Notes: generated by a model not told the origin, from the letters alone. A stretch of 64,000 bases of DNA from Verrucomicrobiota bacterium (GCA_049509875.1 JBEKZM010000015.1:4546-68545), one strand, 5' to 3'; positions 17,115 through 25,937 are shown, counted from the stretch's first letter. Numbers and translations are program-made.

Positions 17115-17959
17115 TGAAGGAAAACGCGTTTCCGCAGAAGCCCGCCCAGCCCGCCCCGGTTTTGCAGTGGTTCGGTTGCACAGATATTGGCCGGGTCCGC
17201 AAGAACAACGAGGATGCCTTCCTGGGCCTGCGGTTCAACGCCCGGGAGGTTCACCGGCTCGGCAAATTTGGCCTGGCCCCGGTGGCGGAGCATGATTTCA
17301 CGTTTGCGGTCTGCGACGGCATGGGCGGTGCGAAGGCCGGCGAATATGCCAGCCAGATTGCCGTGGAAAAAATCACCACCTTGCTGCCCCGCGCGTTCCA
17401 GAGCGCGGCGACCGGGTTCAACGCCGATTTCGAGGACGTGCTGGAGGAACTTTATTCACAGGTGCATCGGTCGCTGGTCTATCTGGGCTGGGCGTATGAG
17501 GAGTGCCACGGCATGCAAACGACGATGAGCCTGGTTTGGTTCCGGCCCGGCTCGATGTATTTTGGCCACGTCGGCGACACGCGAATTTATCTGTTGCCGG
17601 CGGGCAAGGATGAGCTCAAGCAGCTCACGGAGGACGACACTCACGTCGGCTGGCTGCTTCGCAACGGCAAGCTCACAGACTATGAGGCGCGCACGCATCC
17701 GCGGCGCAATGTGCTGCAAAAGGCGCTGGGCGGAGAGAATCGGTATGTGGACCCGCAGGTGGGTGCGGTGAGCAGCGGCCCGGGGGATGTCTTTCTGCTG
17801 TGTTCGGACGGGATGAGCGAAGGACTCTATGAACACCAGATACTGGATATTTTGAAGGTTACCAAGCCTGGGTTTGATCCGGCCAGAACCCTCGTGCAAT
17901 CAGCGGTTAAGGGCGATGGCAGGGACAATGCCACGGCGCTGGTCGTAAGGGTGGTGTGA
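17114..17959 (+). CDS. PP2C-family (PPM) Ser/Thr protein phosphatase
   Basis: FAVCDGMGGAKAGEYAS..., GHVGDTRIY, LCSDGM and DNATALVVRV are the PPM metal-binding motifs. I prefer the ATG at 17114. The track starts at the GTG at 17111. Confidence 0.9.
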   Translation: MKENAFPQKPAQPAPVLQWFGCTDIGRVRKNNEDAFLGLRFNAREVHRLGKFGLAPVAEHDFTFAVCDGMGGAKAGEYASQIAVEKITTLLPRAFQSAATGFNADFEDVLEELYSQVHRSLVYLGWAYEECHGMQTTMSLVWFRPGSMYFGHVGDTRIYLLPAGKDELKQLTEDDTHVGWLLRNGKLTDYEARTHPRRNVLQKALGGENRYVDPQVGAVSSGPGDVFLLCSDGMSEGLYEHQILDILKVTKPGFDPARTLVQSAVKGDGRDNATALVVRVV

Positions 17960-18025
17960 CGCGCGCCGCGAGGGCGTGCGCTTGCCCTGTGTTTCTTGTC
18001 ACCCGTCGCCCGTCGCGTGTCACAC

Positions 18026-18060
18026 AAAGTAAAACGGCGGGCAACTTGCGTTGCCCGCCG
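18026..18060 (-). terminator. Rho-independent terminator of amtB
   Basis: An 11-bp stem CGGCGGGCAAC / GTTGCCCGCCG with a 4-nt loop. On the minus strand it is followed by TTTTACTTT. Confidence 0.8.
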
Positions 18061-18079
18061 CGTGTGACTCAAGCCGGAA

Positions 18080-19735
18080 TCAGGCCAAATCGTGGTAGCC
18101 CACTTCGCCGTGTTCGGATTCGTCGAGACCGGTGATTTCGACTTCTTCCGTGGGACGCAGGCCGACGAGCAGCTTGGTGACATAGGCGATGACCGCCGTG
18201 CCCACCACGCTCAGGATAATGGTGATCACCACCGCCTTGCATTGTTCCCAGACCAGCGGTTGGAACAGATTGTCGGTGACGTATTTGCTCATGTTGGTGG
18301 CGAAGTTGGGATTCGCCGCATTGCGGGCCAGCATGCCGGTCATGATGGCGCCCGTCGTTCCGCCGATCGCGTGAACGCCGAAAGTGTCGAGCGCGTCATC
18401 ATAACCGAACCAAGCCTTGACCTTGTAGCACATGAACCAGCAAATGGTACCGGCCGCGATGCCGATCCAGATCGAGCCTTGCGGGGTGACGTAACCGCAG
18501 GCAGGCGTGATCACAACCAGGCCCGCCACGGCACCAGAGCAGAAACCGAGCACGCTCGGCTTGCCTTTGACAATCCACTCCCACATGGGCCAGACGAAGG
18601 AGGCGACGGCCGTCGCGATGGTCGTGGTGGTGAAGGCGTTCGCCGCAATGACGTCACCGGCCAGCGCGCTGCCGGAATTGAATCCGTACCAGCCGACCCA
18701 CAGCATGCCAGTGCCGATGAAGGTCAGCACGAGGCTGTGCGGGGCGAAGTTCTCCTTCCCCCAGCCTTTACGCTTGCCGAGAATCAAGCAAAGCGTCAGC
18801 GCCGAATAGCCGGAGGTCATATGCACCACGGTACCGCCGGCAAAGTCCATGGCGTGAATCTTCGCGCCCGCGTTCCACACTCCGTTCATCGCGCCGTTGA
18901 TGCCCCAGACGGCGTGGCCCTGGGTGAAATAGACGATCAACATCCACAAGGTCATAAACACGAAGATGGCCTTGAACTTCATGCGTTCCGCGATGGAACC
19001 AATGATCAGCGCCGGGGTGATGATGGCGAACATCAACTGGAACATGGCCACCACGTTTTCAGAAACCCAGTAGGAATAATTTCCGTTGGGCGCCGAGGTG
19101 ACATTCTTCAGCATCCAGCAGATCATCGGGCTGCCCACCCAGCCGGTAAGCAAGTCTTCCTTGCCCATGGAAGCCCACCGGCTGGCGGCGTCCGAGCCGC
19201 TGCCCGAGCCACCGAAGATCATGCCGTAGCCGACGAACACCCAGAGGATGGTGACGAGGCCGGTGATGAGGAAACATTGCGCGAGGACGGACAGCACGTT
19301 TTTCTTGCGCACCATGCCGCCGTAGAACAGCGCGAGACCGGGCAGCGTCATGAACAAAACCAGCGCCGTGCTGGTGAGCAGCCAGGCGTTATGACCGGCG
19401 CCGGGATAGGATACATTGGTTCCGGGGGCGGTGCTGTTGGACAGGTTCGTGTTGATGATGGAAGGGCCCAGGGCAAAATTCACGGTCCAGTTGCCATTGG
19501 TGTCCTTGTACGGAGCCGTCGGGTCTGAATTTGCAAAATACGCTTCGACGGACTCGAGACGTTGTTCCACAGACGGACCGTTGGTCAGAGCCGGGGTTGC
19601 CGGCGCGGCATTGGTGGCGGCCGGCGCGGCAGCCGGAGCATTCGTGGCCGCTGAATTGGTATCATCGGCGCGCAACTTGGTTACGCAGAGTGCCGCGGCG
19701 GCAATCAAACCGAGGGTCAATAAGTATTTTTTCAT
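18080..19735 (-). CDS. amtB: Ammonium transporter (Amt family) with a signal peptide and a ~110-aa N-terminal extension
   Basis: AGHNAWLLTSTALVLFMTLPGLALFYGGMVRKKNVLS..., DFAGGTVVH and VHAIGGTTGAIMTG are Amt signatures. It lies directly downstream of glnK. Confidence 0.95.
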   Translation of the reverse strand: MKKYLLTLGLIAAAALCVTKLRADDTNSAATNAPAAAPAATNAAPATPALTNGPSVEQRLESVEAYFANSDPTAPYKDTNGNWTVNFALGPSIINTNLSNSTAPGTNVSYPGAGHNAWLLTSTALVLFMTLPGLALFYGGMVRKKNVLSVLAQCFLITGLVTILWVFVGYGMIFGGSGSGSDAASRWASMGKEDLLTGWVGSPMICWMLKNVTSAPNGNYSYWVSENVVAMFQLMFAIITPALIIGSIAERMKFKAIFVFMTLWMLIVYFTQGHAVWGINGAMNGVWNAGAKIHAMDFAGGTVVHMTSGYSALTLCLILGKRKGWGKENFAPHSLVLTFIGTGMLWVGWYGFNSGSALAGDVIAANAFTTTTIATAVASFVWPMWEWIVKGKPSVLGFCSGAVAGLVVITPACGYVTPQGSIWIGIAAGTICWFMCYKVKAWFGYDDALDTFGVHAIGGTTGAIMTGMLARNAANPNFATNMSKYVTDNLFQPLVWEQCKAVVITIILSVVGTAVIAYVTKLLVGLRPTEEVEITGLDESEHGEVGYHDLA

Positions 19736-19774
19736 TGGTAGTTCGCTAGTTCGAGTGAGGTTTTTGCGTTCAGG

Positions 19775-20116
<342 letters not shown>

Positions 20117-20238
20117 TTATTGGTGTTTGAACAGCACTCCGGCCAAGCAAGCGCGGCACGCGCAACTGCTTCCGCCCGCCCCAGCGGGCAAAATTGTCCA
20201 ACCGCGACGGGTTGTGTTTGGCACTCGCGGGTGGCTTT

Positions 20239-20254
20239 AGCAACGGCGGTGCCA
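20239..20254 (-). promoter_or_regulatory. Sigma-54 (-24/-12) promoter of glnK-amtB
   Basis: The minus strand reads TGGCACCGCCGTTGCT, a full match to TGGCAC-N5-TTGC. It lies ~125 nt upstream of the glnK ATG. Anchored on track ORF 19988..20329. Confidence 0.6.
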
Positions 20255-20486
20255 ACTCAATCCCGCCTGTGCCACAAAATGATTTTCTCCTTATTTAACG
20301 CGGGTTCTATCGGTGATGGATTTTTTTAGACAGCCCGAAACCGGCTTTCGCTTGCAGCTTTTTATCCAGCGGAAGAATTTTTCGCCAGCAGCGGGGAGGC
20401 GCGGTCGTCGTTTTTATGTGTGGCCGGGAGGACTTTTCAATCGCATTGTTCTTGACCCGCCGGCGAACCGCGAAAATAGTGCCCTT

Positions 20487-23084
20487 GTGAAATCCATTGC
20501 CTTAAACATTTTCACGCTTCCGGCGCTTCGCACGGCGGGAGGCGGTCACGCTGCGCCACCCAGGCTGCGCCTGTCGTTTTCAATTTTAATTGCTGGATTT
20601 ATTATGTCGTCAACACTTTCAGGATTGGCCCAGGCCAGTGCCGGCGGCGGGTGGACAACACTCGGGGCGATGTCCGCACCCGCCTGGGACGGGAAGACCT
20701 TGCGGTGGGAGAGTGGACAGGGCATCCTGGCCATCACCCCGCTGTCCGACGATGTTGTGCGCGTGCGTTTTACCACCGCGCCAGCGTTTGGCCGCGATCA
20801 TTCCTACGCGATTGTGAACCGGGCTCTGGAAGCCGCGACGGTCAAGACGGAAATGGGGCCGGAGGCGACCTTGCTGACCACGGCGTCGCTGAAAGTGACC
20901 GTCCGGCACTCGCCCCTGAGAATCTCGTTTGCCAGCCTGGCCGGGGAGGTTCTGGACGCGGACGACTCGGCGCGGGGGCTTTCCTTCGCCGGTACGGAGT
21001 TTCGCATCGCCAAGCAACTGCGCGACGACGAGCACGTCTATGGCTTTGGCGAAAAATGCGGCCGGCTCGACAAGCGGGGCCAGCAGCTTGGCGGCTATAA
21101 CTATGTGATGTGGAACTCCGATACGCCGGCTTACGATTCCGCCACCGATCCGCTGTACGTGGCCGTCCCCTTCTTCATGGTCACGCACCAGGGGCAGGCG
21201 CACGGCATTTTTCTGGACAACACGTGGCGCAGTTTTTTCGATGTGGGCCGCGAACAGCCGGGCTTGCTGACCTTTGGCGCCGACGGCGGCGACGTGGATT
21301 ATTATTTCATCAACGGCCCCGGGCCCCGGAAGGTCATCGAGCGCTACACCGCGCTCACGGGACGGATGCCGCTGCCGCCGTTGTGGTCGCTGGGCTACCA
21401 GCAATGCCGCTGGAGCTACTATCCCGAGGCGCGGGTGCGGCTGCTGGCGGACACGTTCCGGGCGAAGCAGGTGCCCGCCGATGCCCTATGGCTCGACATT
21501 CACTACATGGACGGCTACAAGCCGTTCACCTGGGACCCGCAGCGTTTTCCGAATCCAGCCAAAATGATTGCGGATTTGCGCGCCCAGGGATTCCGGCTGG
21601 TGACCATTCTGGATGGACATCCGCCGGCCTTGAAGGGTTATGCGCCCTACGAGTCGGGCCTCGCCGCCGGTCACTTTGTCAAATTGCCGGACGGAAAGGT
21701 GTTTGAAGGGCCGGTGTGGCCTTCGCAGGCCGAGCGGGAACCCGCGCCGAGCGTATTTCCGGATTTCAGCCGGCCGGCCACGCGTGATTGGTGGGGTGGC
21801 CTGTATGGGAGCCTGCTCGAGGTCGGCGTGGCCGGCATCTGGAACGACATGGATGAGCCCTCCGTATTCGACACCCCCAACGGGACCATGCCCATGGACG
21901 TGGTTTTCGACAATGAGGGTGAACCGGCCAACAGTCGCCAGATGCACAATCTTTTTGGCCAGTTGATGAGCCGCTCGACCTTCGAGGGTTTGAGCCGGTT
22001 GCGCCCGGAGGAGCGGGCGTTCGTGCTCACGCGGTCCACATTTGCGGGCGGCCAGCGTTATGCGGCAGTCTGGACGGGCGACGCCTCGGCGGACTGGTCT
22101 TCGCTGCGGCAATCCGTTTCCATGTTGATGGGGCTGGGCATTTCTGGATTTCCTTTTGTGGGCAGCGACATTGGCGGGTTCGTGCGGATGCCGTCGGCGG
22201 AACTGTGCACGCGCTGGCTGCAGGTCGGTGTCTTCAGTCCCTTCATGCGCATGCACACCGAAATCGCGACGCCGGACAAGGAGCCGTGGTCGTTTGGGTG
22301 GCGCTACGAAGCAGTCAACAAGGCGGCCATTGAGCTGCGTTACCAACTGCTGCCCTATATTTACAATGTGATGCAGCAGGCCAGCGAAACCGGCGTGCCG
22401 GCGCTGCGGGCGCTGTTGGTGGACTTTCCCGATGACGAAAAGACAGCCAAAGCCGACGACGAGTTCCTGTTTGGCGATGATTTGCTGGTGGCGCCGGTCT
22501 TATGGGAGGGCGCGGACGAACGGGATGTCTATCTGCCCGCCGGCGAGTGGTTTGATTATTGGACCGGCCAAAAATACGCGGGCAAGGCCACGATTCATAG
22601 GCCGGTAACGATTGATTCGATTCCCCTGTTTGTGCGCGGTGGCGGGTTTGTCTTTCGCCAGCCGGTGGTTCAGCACACGGGCGAAATGCCGGGGCAGCCG
22701 CTGGGGGTGCTCGTGGCGCCGGCGGCGGCGTCTGAAGGATCGCTGTACGAGGATGACGGTAAAAGCCTGGCTTACCGGCAGGGTGAATTCATGAAACGTA
22801 CGTTTCGTCAGACTCGCGACGCGGCCTCCTGGGTGGTTGCAGTGGGTGCGCCGGCAGGGACGTATCGCCCGGCCAAGCGCGACTTGGTTTTGGAAACGTG
22901 GCTGGAACATGAGCCCAACGCGGTCAGCGCGCAGGCCAACGGGGCGGCGGCCAGCGAGACGTTGGCGCGTATGAGTCCCGCCGAGCTGGCAAAAGCACCC
23001 CGCGGCTGGTCGTTCGCTGACGGGTTGGTGACGTTAAAGGACAATGATCGTTTTGAGGCAGCGCGCTACACGGTTCAGTTTTGA
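20487..23084 (+). CDS. Glycoside hydrolase family 31 alpha-glucosidase (secreted)
   Basis: The catalytic region GIWNDMDEP plus FVLTRSTFAGGQRYAAVWTGD and FVGSDIGGF. The start is uncertain: GTG 20487 gives a signal-like N-terminus, and the alternatives are 20313 or ATG 20604. Confidence 0.88.
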   Translation: MKSIALNIFTLPALRTAGGGHAAPPRLRLSFSILIAGFIMSSTLSGLAQASAGGGWTTLGAMSAPAWDGKTLRWESGQGILAITPLSDDVVRVRFTTAPAFGRDHSYAIVNRALEAATVKTEMGPEATLLTTASLKVTVRHSPLRISFASLAGEVLDADDSARGLSFAGTEFRIAKQLRDDEHVYGFGEKCGRLDKRGQQLGGYNYVMWNSDTPAYDSATDPLYVAVPFFMVTHQGQAHGIFLDNTWRSFFDVGREQPGLLTFGADGGDVDYYFINGPGPRKVIERYTALTGRMPLPPLWSLGYQQCRWSYYPEARVRLLADTFRAKQVPADALWLDIHYMDGYKPFTWDPQRFPNPAKMIADLRAQGFRLVTILDGHPPALKGYAPYESGLAAGHFVKLPDGKVFEGPVWPSQAEREPAPSVFPDFSRPATRDWWGGLYGSLLEVGVAGIWNDMDEPSVFDTPNGTMPMDVVFDNEGEPANSRQMHNLFGQLMSRSTFEGLSRLRPEERAFVLTRSTFAGGQRYAAVWTGDASADWSSLRQSVSMLMGLGISGFPFVGSDIGGFVRMPSAELCTRWLQVGVFSPFMRMHTEIATPDKEPWSFGWRYEAVNKAAIELRYQLLPYIYNVMQQASETGVPALRALLVDFPDDEKTAKADDEFLFGDDLLVAPVLWEGADERDVYLPAGEWFDYWTGQKYAGKATIHRPVTIDSIPLFVRGGGFVFRQPVVQHTGEMPGQPLGVLVAPAAASEGSLYEDDGKSLAYRQGEFMKRTFRQTRDAASWVVAVGAPAGTYRPAKRDLVLETWLEHEPNAVSAQANGAAASETLARMSPAELAKAPRGWSFADGLVTLKDNDRFEAARYTVQF

Positions 23085-23091
23085 CCAGAGT

Positions 23092-23311
23092 GGAGCGCCG
23101 AGCATTGCTCGGCCCGGGCTAATTAAAGCGTGTCGCTCTCCGGACGGATAGTGGTTGGTCGGGGACCACCTGATTCTTCTTCAGGTTTTCCACACGTTGA
23201 GGCGCGCGGGCCGAGCAATGCTCGGCGCTCCGTTGCGGAGACGGACACGCCGGGTCGCGCTTGGTGGTCCACGCGTTGAGACATACCGGCCGAGCAATGC
23301 TCGGCGCTCCG
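23092..23311. repeat. Composite REP-A cluster, left: one forward and two reverse REP-A hairpins
   Basis: The forward unit is GGAGCGCCGAGCATTGCTCGGCCCGG (23092..23117). The reverse units TCCACrCGTTGAG-N7-GGCCGAGCAATGCTCGGCGCTCCG lie at 23189..23232 and 23268..23311. The hairpin is CCGAGC-ATT-GCTCGG. Confidence 0.85.
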
Positions 23312-23324
23312 GCAGCGATCCAGT

Positions 23325-24023
23325 TTATGGTACCAAGCCATCGGGAATGATCAGCCGGCGGTATTGGTCCCTAAACCGGGCGCTGCTGGACGGCCCCTCT
23401 GGCAAGCCAAGCCTGGCTTTGATTGGGTTGCTTTCAATATCGTGAGCCGCTTTCTGCTCCTGCTCCGGGTTGCGCATGAAGCTGTCCCAGTATTCGCGCT
23501 GCCAAAAGGAACCGTCGCGACCCAGAATGCGATTGGCTTGGAGAGCCATAATGGACTTCCAGTTTTGAAGGATTTTGGCAAGCAGCCAATCCCAGACGTG
23601 GACAAGCACGTGGAAATGATTTGGCATTACGCACCAAGCAAGCAACTCATATCGCTTGTGATGGTGAAATAAAGATGCCCGCTCAACGGCTTGGGCAATC
23701 TGGGGCAGGCGTAGCCAGCATTCGCCAAAGCCGCGGTCCAGGTATGATTCCAGCTCCTTGCGGCGTGCCCGGGTATCCTCAATCTCCAGCAGATGTTTCC
23801 ATTCGGAGCGCCGGGAAGCAGGCAACGAATTCACCAATCTCAACGTGATAAATTGAACCAATCCGGGCTTGTCGCAATGCGGAAGATAACCGCGCTCGTG
23901 CCAGCCGAGAAAGCCATGGGCACGATCTTCGGCGGTGAGCGGCTCGTCCCACCGGTTCTTTTCGTAAACCAGTTCACGGAGGTACTCGCGTTTTCCAGCC
24001 GGCGGGCGCTTCAATTGCGGCAT
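23325..24023 (-). CDS. REP-associated tyrosine transposase (RAYT; IS200/IS605 TnpA-like HUH Y1 enzyme), copy 1
   Basis: GWHERGYLPHCD, the HUH motif VMPNHFHVLVHV, the catalytic Tyr region FWQREYWDSFMRN, and ESNPIKARL. I prefer the ATG at 24023 (MPQLKRPP...), because the track ORF start at 24110 reads through a REP. Confidence 0.85.
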   Translation of the reverse strand: MPQLKRPPAGKREYLRELVYEKNRWDEPLTAEDRAHGFLGWHERGYLPHCDKPGLVQFITLRLVNSLPASRRSEWKHLLEIEDTRARRKELESYLDRGFGECWLRLPQIAQAVERASLFHHHKRYELLAWCVMPNHFHVLVHVWDWLLAKILQNWKSIMALQANRILGRDGSFWQREYWDSFMRNPEQEQKAAHDIESNPIKARLGLPEGPSSSARFRDQYRRLIIPDGLVP

Positions 24024-24024
24024 A

Positions 24025-24244
24025 GGAGCGCCGAGCATTGCTCGGCCCGGATTGATTAAAGCATATGACCTTCCCGCCGGGCAATAGTAGGTTGGCAGCG
24101 CCTGGCCCACTTTTCAGTCGTTCCACGCGTTGAGGCGCGCGGGCCGAGCAATGCTCGGCGCTCCGGTGCGGGGACGGTCACGCTGGGCCGCGCTTGAGGT
24201 TCCACGCGTTGGGGCACACGGGCCGAGCAATGCTCGGCGCTCCG
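24025..24244. repeat. Composite REP-A cluster, right: same architecture as 23092..23311
   Basis: The forward REP is at 24025..24050. The reverse units are at 24122..24165 and 24201..24244. Anchored on track ORFs 23325..24110 and 24130..24453 (the recurring GRAMLGAP translation). Confidence 0.85.
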
Positions 24245-24253
24245 GACGCGCAC

Positions 24254-25120
24254 TCACTCACGGGAACGGTTGTCGTAGAGTTCCTTCGACAATTGTTCCA
24301 ACTGTTTCCGCTGGGCAGTCGAAAGGCTTTCGAGACCATCCCGCGAAATCTTGTCCAGCAGCTCATCCATTTGGGCGATCTTTTGGTTACGCTCGCGGTT
24401 TGCCTCATATCGGCGCGCCCGTTCGCCGCCCGCCGGCTCTGCTTTGTTTTTAAACGGCCACTTAAAGCAGCAAAGCGGGTCGCGAATCAAAATGACCAGG
24501 ATGATCGACGACAAGATCATTACCGCCGCAAATGTCCCGGGAGCCGCCCGGATCAATCGCGGATACATCGCGGCTGCCACGAGAAGACCGACCATGGCGC
24601 CGCCGAGATGAGCATCGTGGCCGAGGTTGCCGGCCTGGCGGCGGTGGGCGGCGAATGAGCCCACGAGGAAGATGGGCGCATATAAATAACCGGGCACGCC
24701 GAAAGGGAACGGGAACATGATGATGTTGTTCCCGGGCATCAGGAAAATGGACGCGAAAATAATGCCGCAGACGCCGCCGGACGCCCCCAGCGCCCGGTAT
24801 TCGTGGTGGCGATGAACGATCAGCGACAAGAGTGAGCCGCCGACAATCGAGGAGCCGTAAATCAGCAGCAGGGTCCCGGCTCCGTAGAGCGATTCGATGA
24901 TCCGGGCGAAACTGAAGAAGCTGAAGGCGTTGAAGGCAAAGTGCAGCCAGTCGAGGTGAATCAGGCCGGACGTGAATATCCGGTGGTACTCCTTGCGCAC
25001 CAGAATGGCCTGGGGATCAAACATCCAACCCTCGCGCAGGTCCGGCCGTTGAAACGCGTAAATTGTGGCCAGCGCGGTGATGATCAGGACGGCAATGGTC
25101 GCGGGGGCGTGCATCACCAC
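24254..25120 (-). CDS. Rhomboid-family intramembrane serine protease with a C-terminal cytoplasmic coiled tail
   Basis: Six or more TM segments, the catalytic GASGGVCGI and the His region AHLGGAMVGLL. The C-terminal tail ...IAQMDELLDKISRDGLESLSTAQRKQLEQLSKELYDN is helical and charged. Confidence 0.85.
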   Translation of the reverse strand: MVMHAPATIAVLIITALATIYAFQRPDLREGWMFDPQAILVRKEYHRIFTSGLIHLDWLHFAFNAFSFFSFARIIESLYGAGTLLLIYGSSIVGGSLLSLIVHRHHEYRALGASGGVCGIIFASIFLMPGNNIIMFPFPFGVPGYLYAPIFLVGSFAAHRRQAGNLGHDAHLGGAMVGLLVAAAMYPRLIRAAPGTFAAVMILSSIILVILIRDPLCCFKWPFKNKAEPAGGERARRYEANRERNQKIAQMDELLDKISRDGLESLSTAQRKQLEQLSKELYDNRSRE

Positions 25121-25890
25121 ATGGAGCGCCGGTCTCCGACCCGGCCCGTTGGAAAGGTCAACCGCCGATATTCATCCCTGAACCGCGCGCTGCTGAACGG
25201 CCCCTCTTCGGGCAGGCGGCAAAGCTCGGCCTTGAGCGGGTTGTTTTCAATGTAGTGAATGGCTTTCTGCTCCTGCTCTTCGTCGCGCAGGAAGGTGTCC
25301 CAGTACTCGCGCTGCCAGCGCAATTGGAGCGCCAGTCTCCGACCCGGCCCGTCGAACTTCGGATCGCCGTCGAGCCGGGCCGGAGACCGGCGCTCCGTCA
25401 TGACATCCACCGCCTGTGTGGCGATAAATCGTTTCCAACTTTGCATGATCTTTCCCAACGGCGTCATTCGCACGTTTACGAGCACATGAACGTGGTTGGG
25501 CATCACGCACCAGGCCTGAAGGTCATAGCGCTCTCTGTGAAAATGCAGCAAAGTTGTTTCGGCAAGTTCTGCGACGCGTGCCTCCCGCAGCCGGCATTCT
25601 CCTACGCCGCGATCCAAGTACTCCTCTAGTTTCAGGCGGCGATCTCGGATATCCACAAGCTTTAGCAGATGTTCCCACTCAGCGCGCCGGCTGGCCGGCA
25701 TTGAATCGTGGAGGCGGATGGTGACCAACTGAGTCAGATTTGGAAAATCACAATGGGGCAGATAGCCACGTTCGTGCCAGCCAAGAAAGCCCAAGAGACG
25801 CTCGTGCTCGGTCAACGACCGCGACCACCTGTCCTTGTTTTCGACTAAACGGCGAAGATGTTCGCGCTTGGAACGAGTCGGCGTAACCAT
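25114..25890 (-). CDS. REP-associated tyrosine transposase (RAYT), copy 2, carrying an in-frame REP-B doublet
   Basis: GWHERGYLPHCD, the HUH motif VMPNHVHVLVNV, RWQREYWDTFLRD and ENNPLKAEL. I prefer the ATG at 25890 (MVTPTRSKREHL...). By eye, about half of the positions are identical to copy 1. Confidence 0.8.
   Translation of the reverse strand: MVTPTRSKREHLRRLVENKDRWSRSLTEHERLLGFLGWHERGYLPHCDFPNLTQLVTIRLHDSMPASRRAEWEHLLKLVDIRDRRLKLEEYLDRGVGECRLREARVAELAETTLLHFHRERYDLQAWCVMPNHVHVLVNVRMTPLGKIMQSWKRFIATQAVDVMTERRSPARLDGDPKFDGPGRRLALQLRWQREYWDTFLRDEEQEQKAIHYIENNPLKAELCRLPEEGPFSSARFRDEYRRLTFPTGRVGDRRSMW
25123..25146. repeat. Single REP-B unit at the RAYT-2 stop / rhomboid start junction
   Basis: The minus strand reads GCCGGGTCGGAGACCGGCGCTCC, translated as GRVGDRRS at the RAYT-2 C-terminus. 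Confidence 0.7.
25326..25396. repeat. REP-B inverted doublet inside the RAYT-2 coding sequence
   Basis: The minus strand reads GGAGCGCCGGTCTCCGGCCCGGCTCGACGGCGATCCGAAGTTCGACGGGCCGGGTCGGAGACTGGCGCTCC. It is translated as ERRSPARLDGDPKFDGPGRRLAL (aa 240-262). Confidence 0.8.
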
Positions 25891-25937
25891 GCGAGTGGTG
25901 TAACAAAGGCGCGGTTTGGATGCGAGCGCAATTGGAC

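Larger units (their letters stand above)
23092..24244 (-). mobile_element. IS200/IS605-like unit: RAYT copy 1 bracketed by two directly repeated 220-bp REP-A composites
   Basis: The left composite starts at 23092 and the right at 24025. Both have identical internal spacing, with reverse REP units starting 97 and 176 nt after the forward REP. Confidence 0.6.

Noticed and set aside
18092-19528. 478-aa plus-strand ORF opposite amtB
   Set aside because: It is an Arg/Gly/His/Asp-rich shadow ORF. The minus strand encodes canonical Amt signatures and is preceded by glnK.
24024-24110. N-terminal extensions of track ORFs 23325..24110, 25114..26112 and 38882..39634
   Set aside because: The extensions are literal translations of REP hairpins ([27 protein letters not shown]). 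The downstream ATG starts give N-termini that align between the two RAYT paralogues.
23189-24244. Possible CRISPR array, because a ~24-nt palindromic repeat recurs with short spacers
   Set aside because: There are only two to three units per cluster, in mixed orientation with unequal spacing (97 and 79 nt between starts). The units are themselves near-perfect palindromes, and there are no cas genes. The context of RAYT genes fits REP/BIME-type elements.
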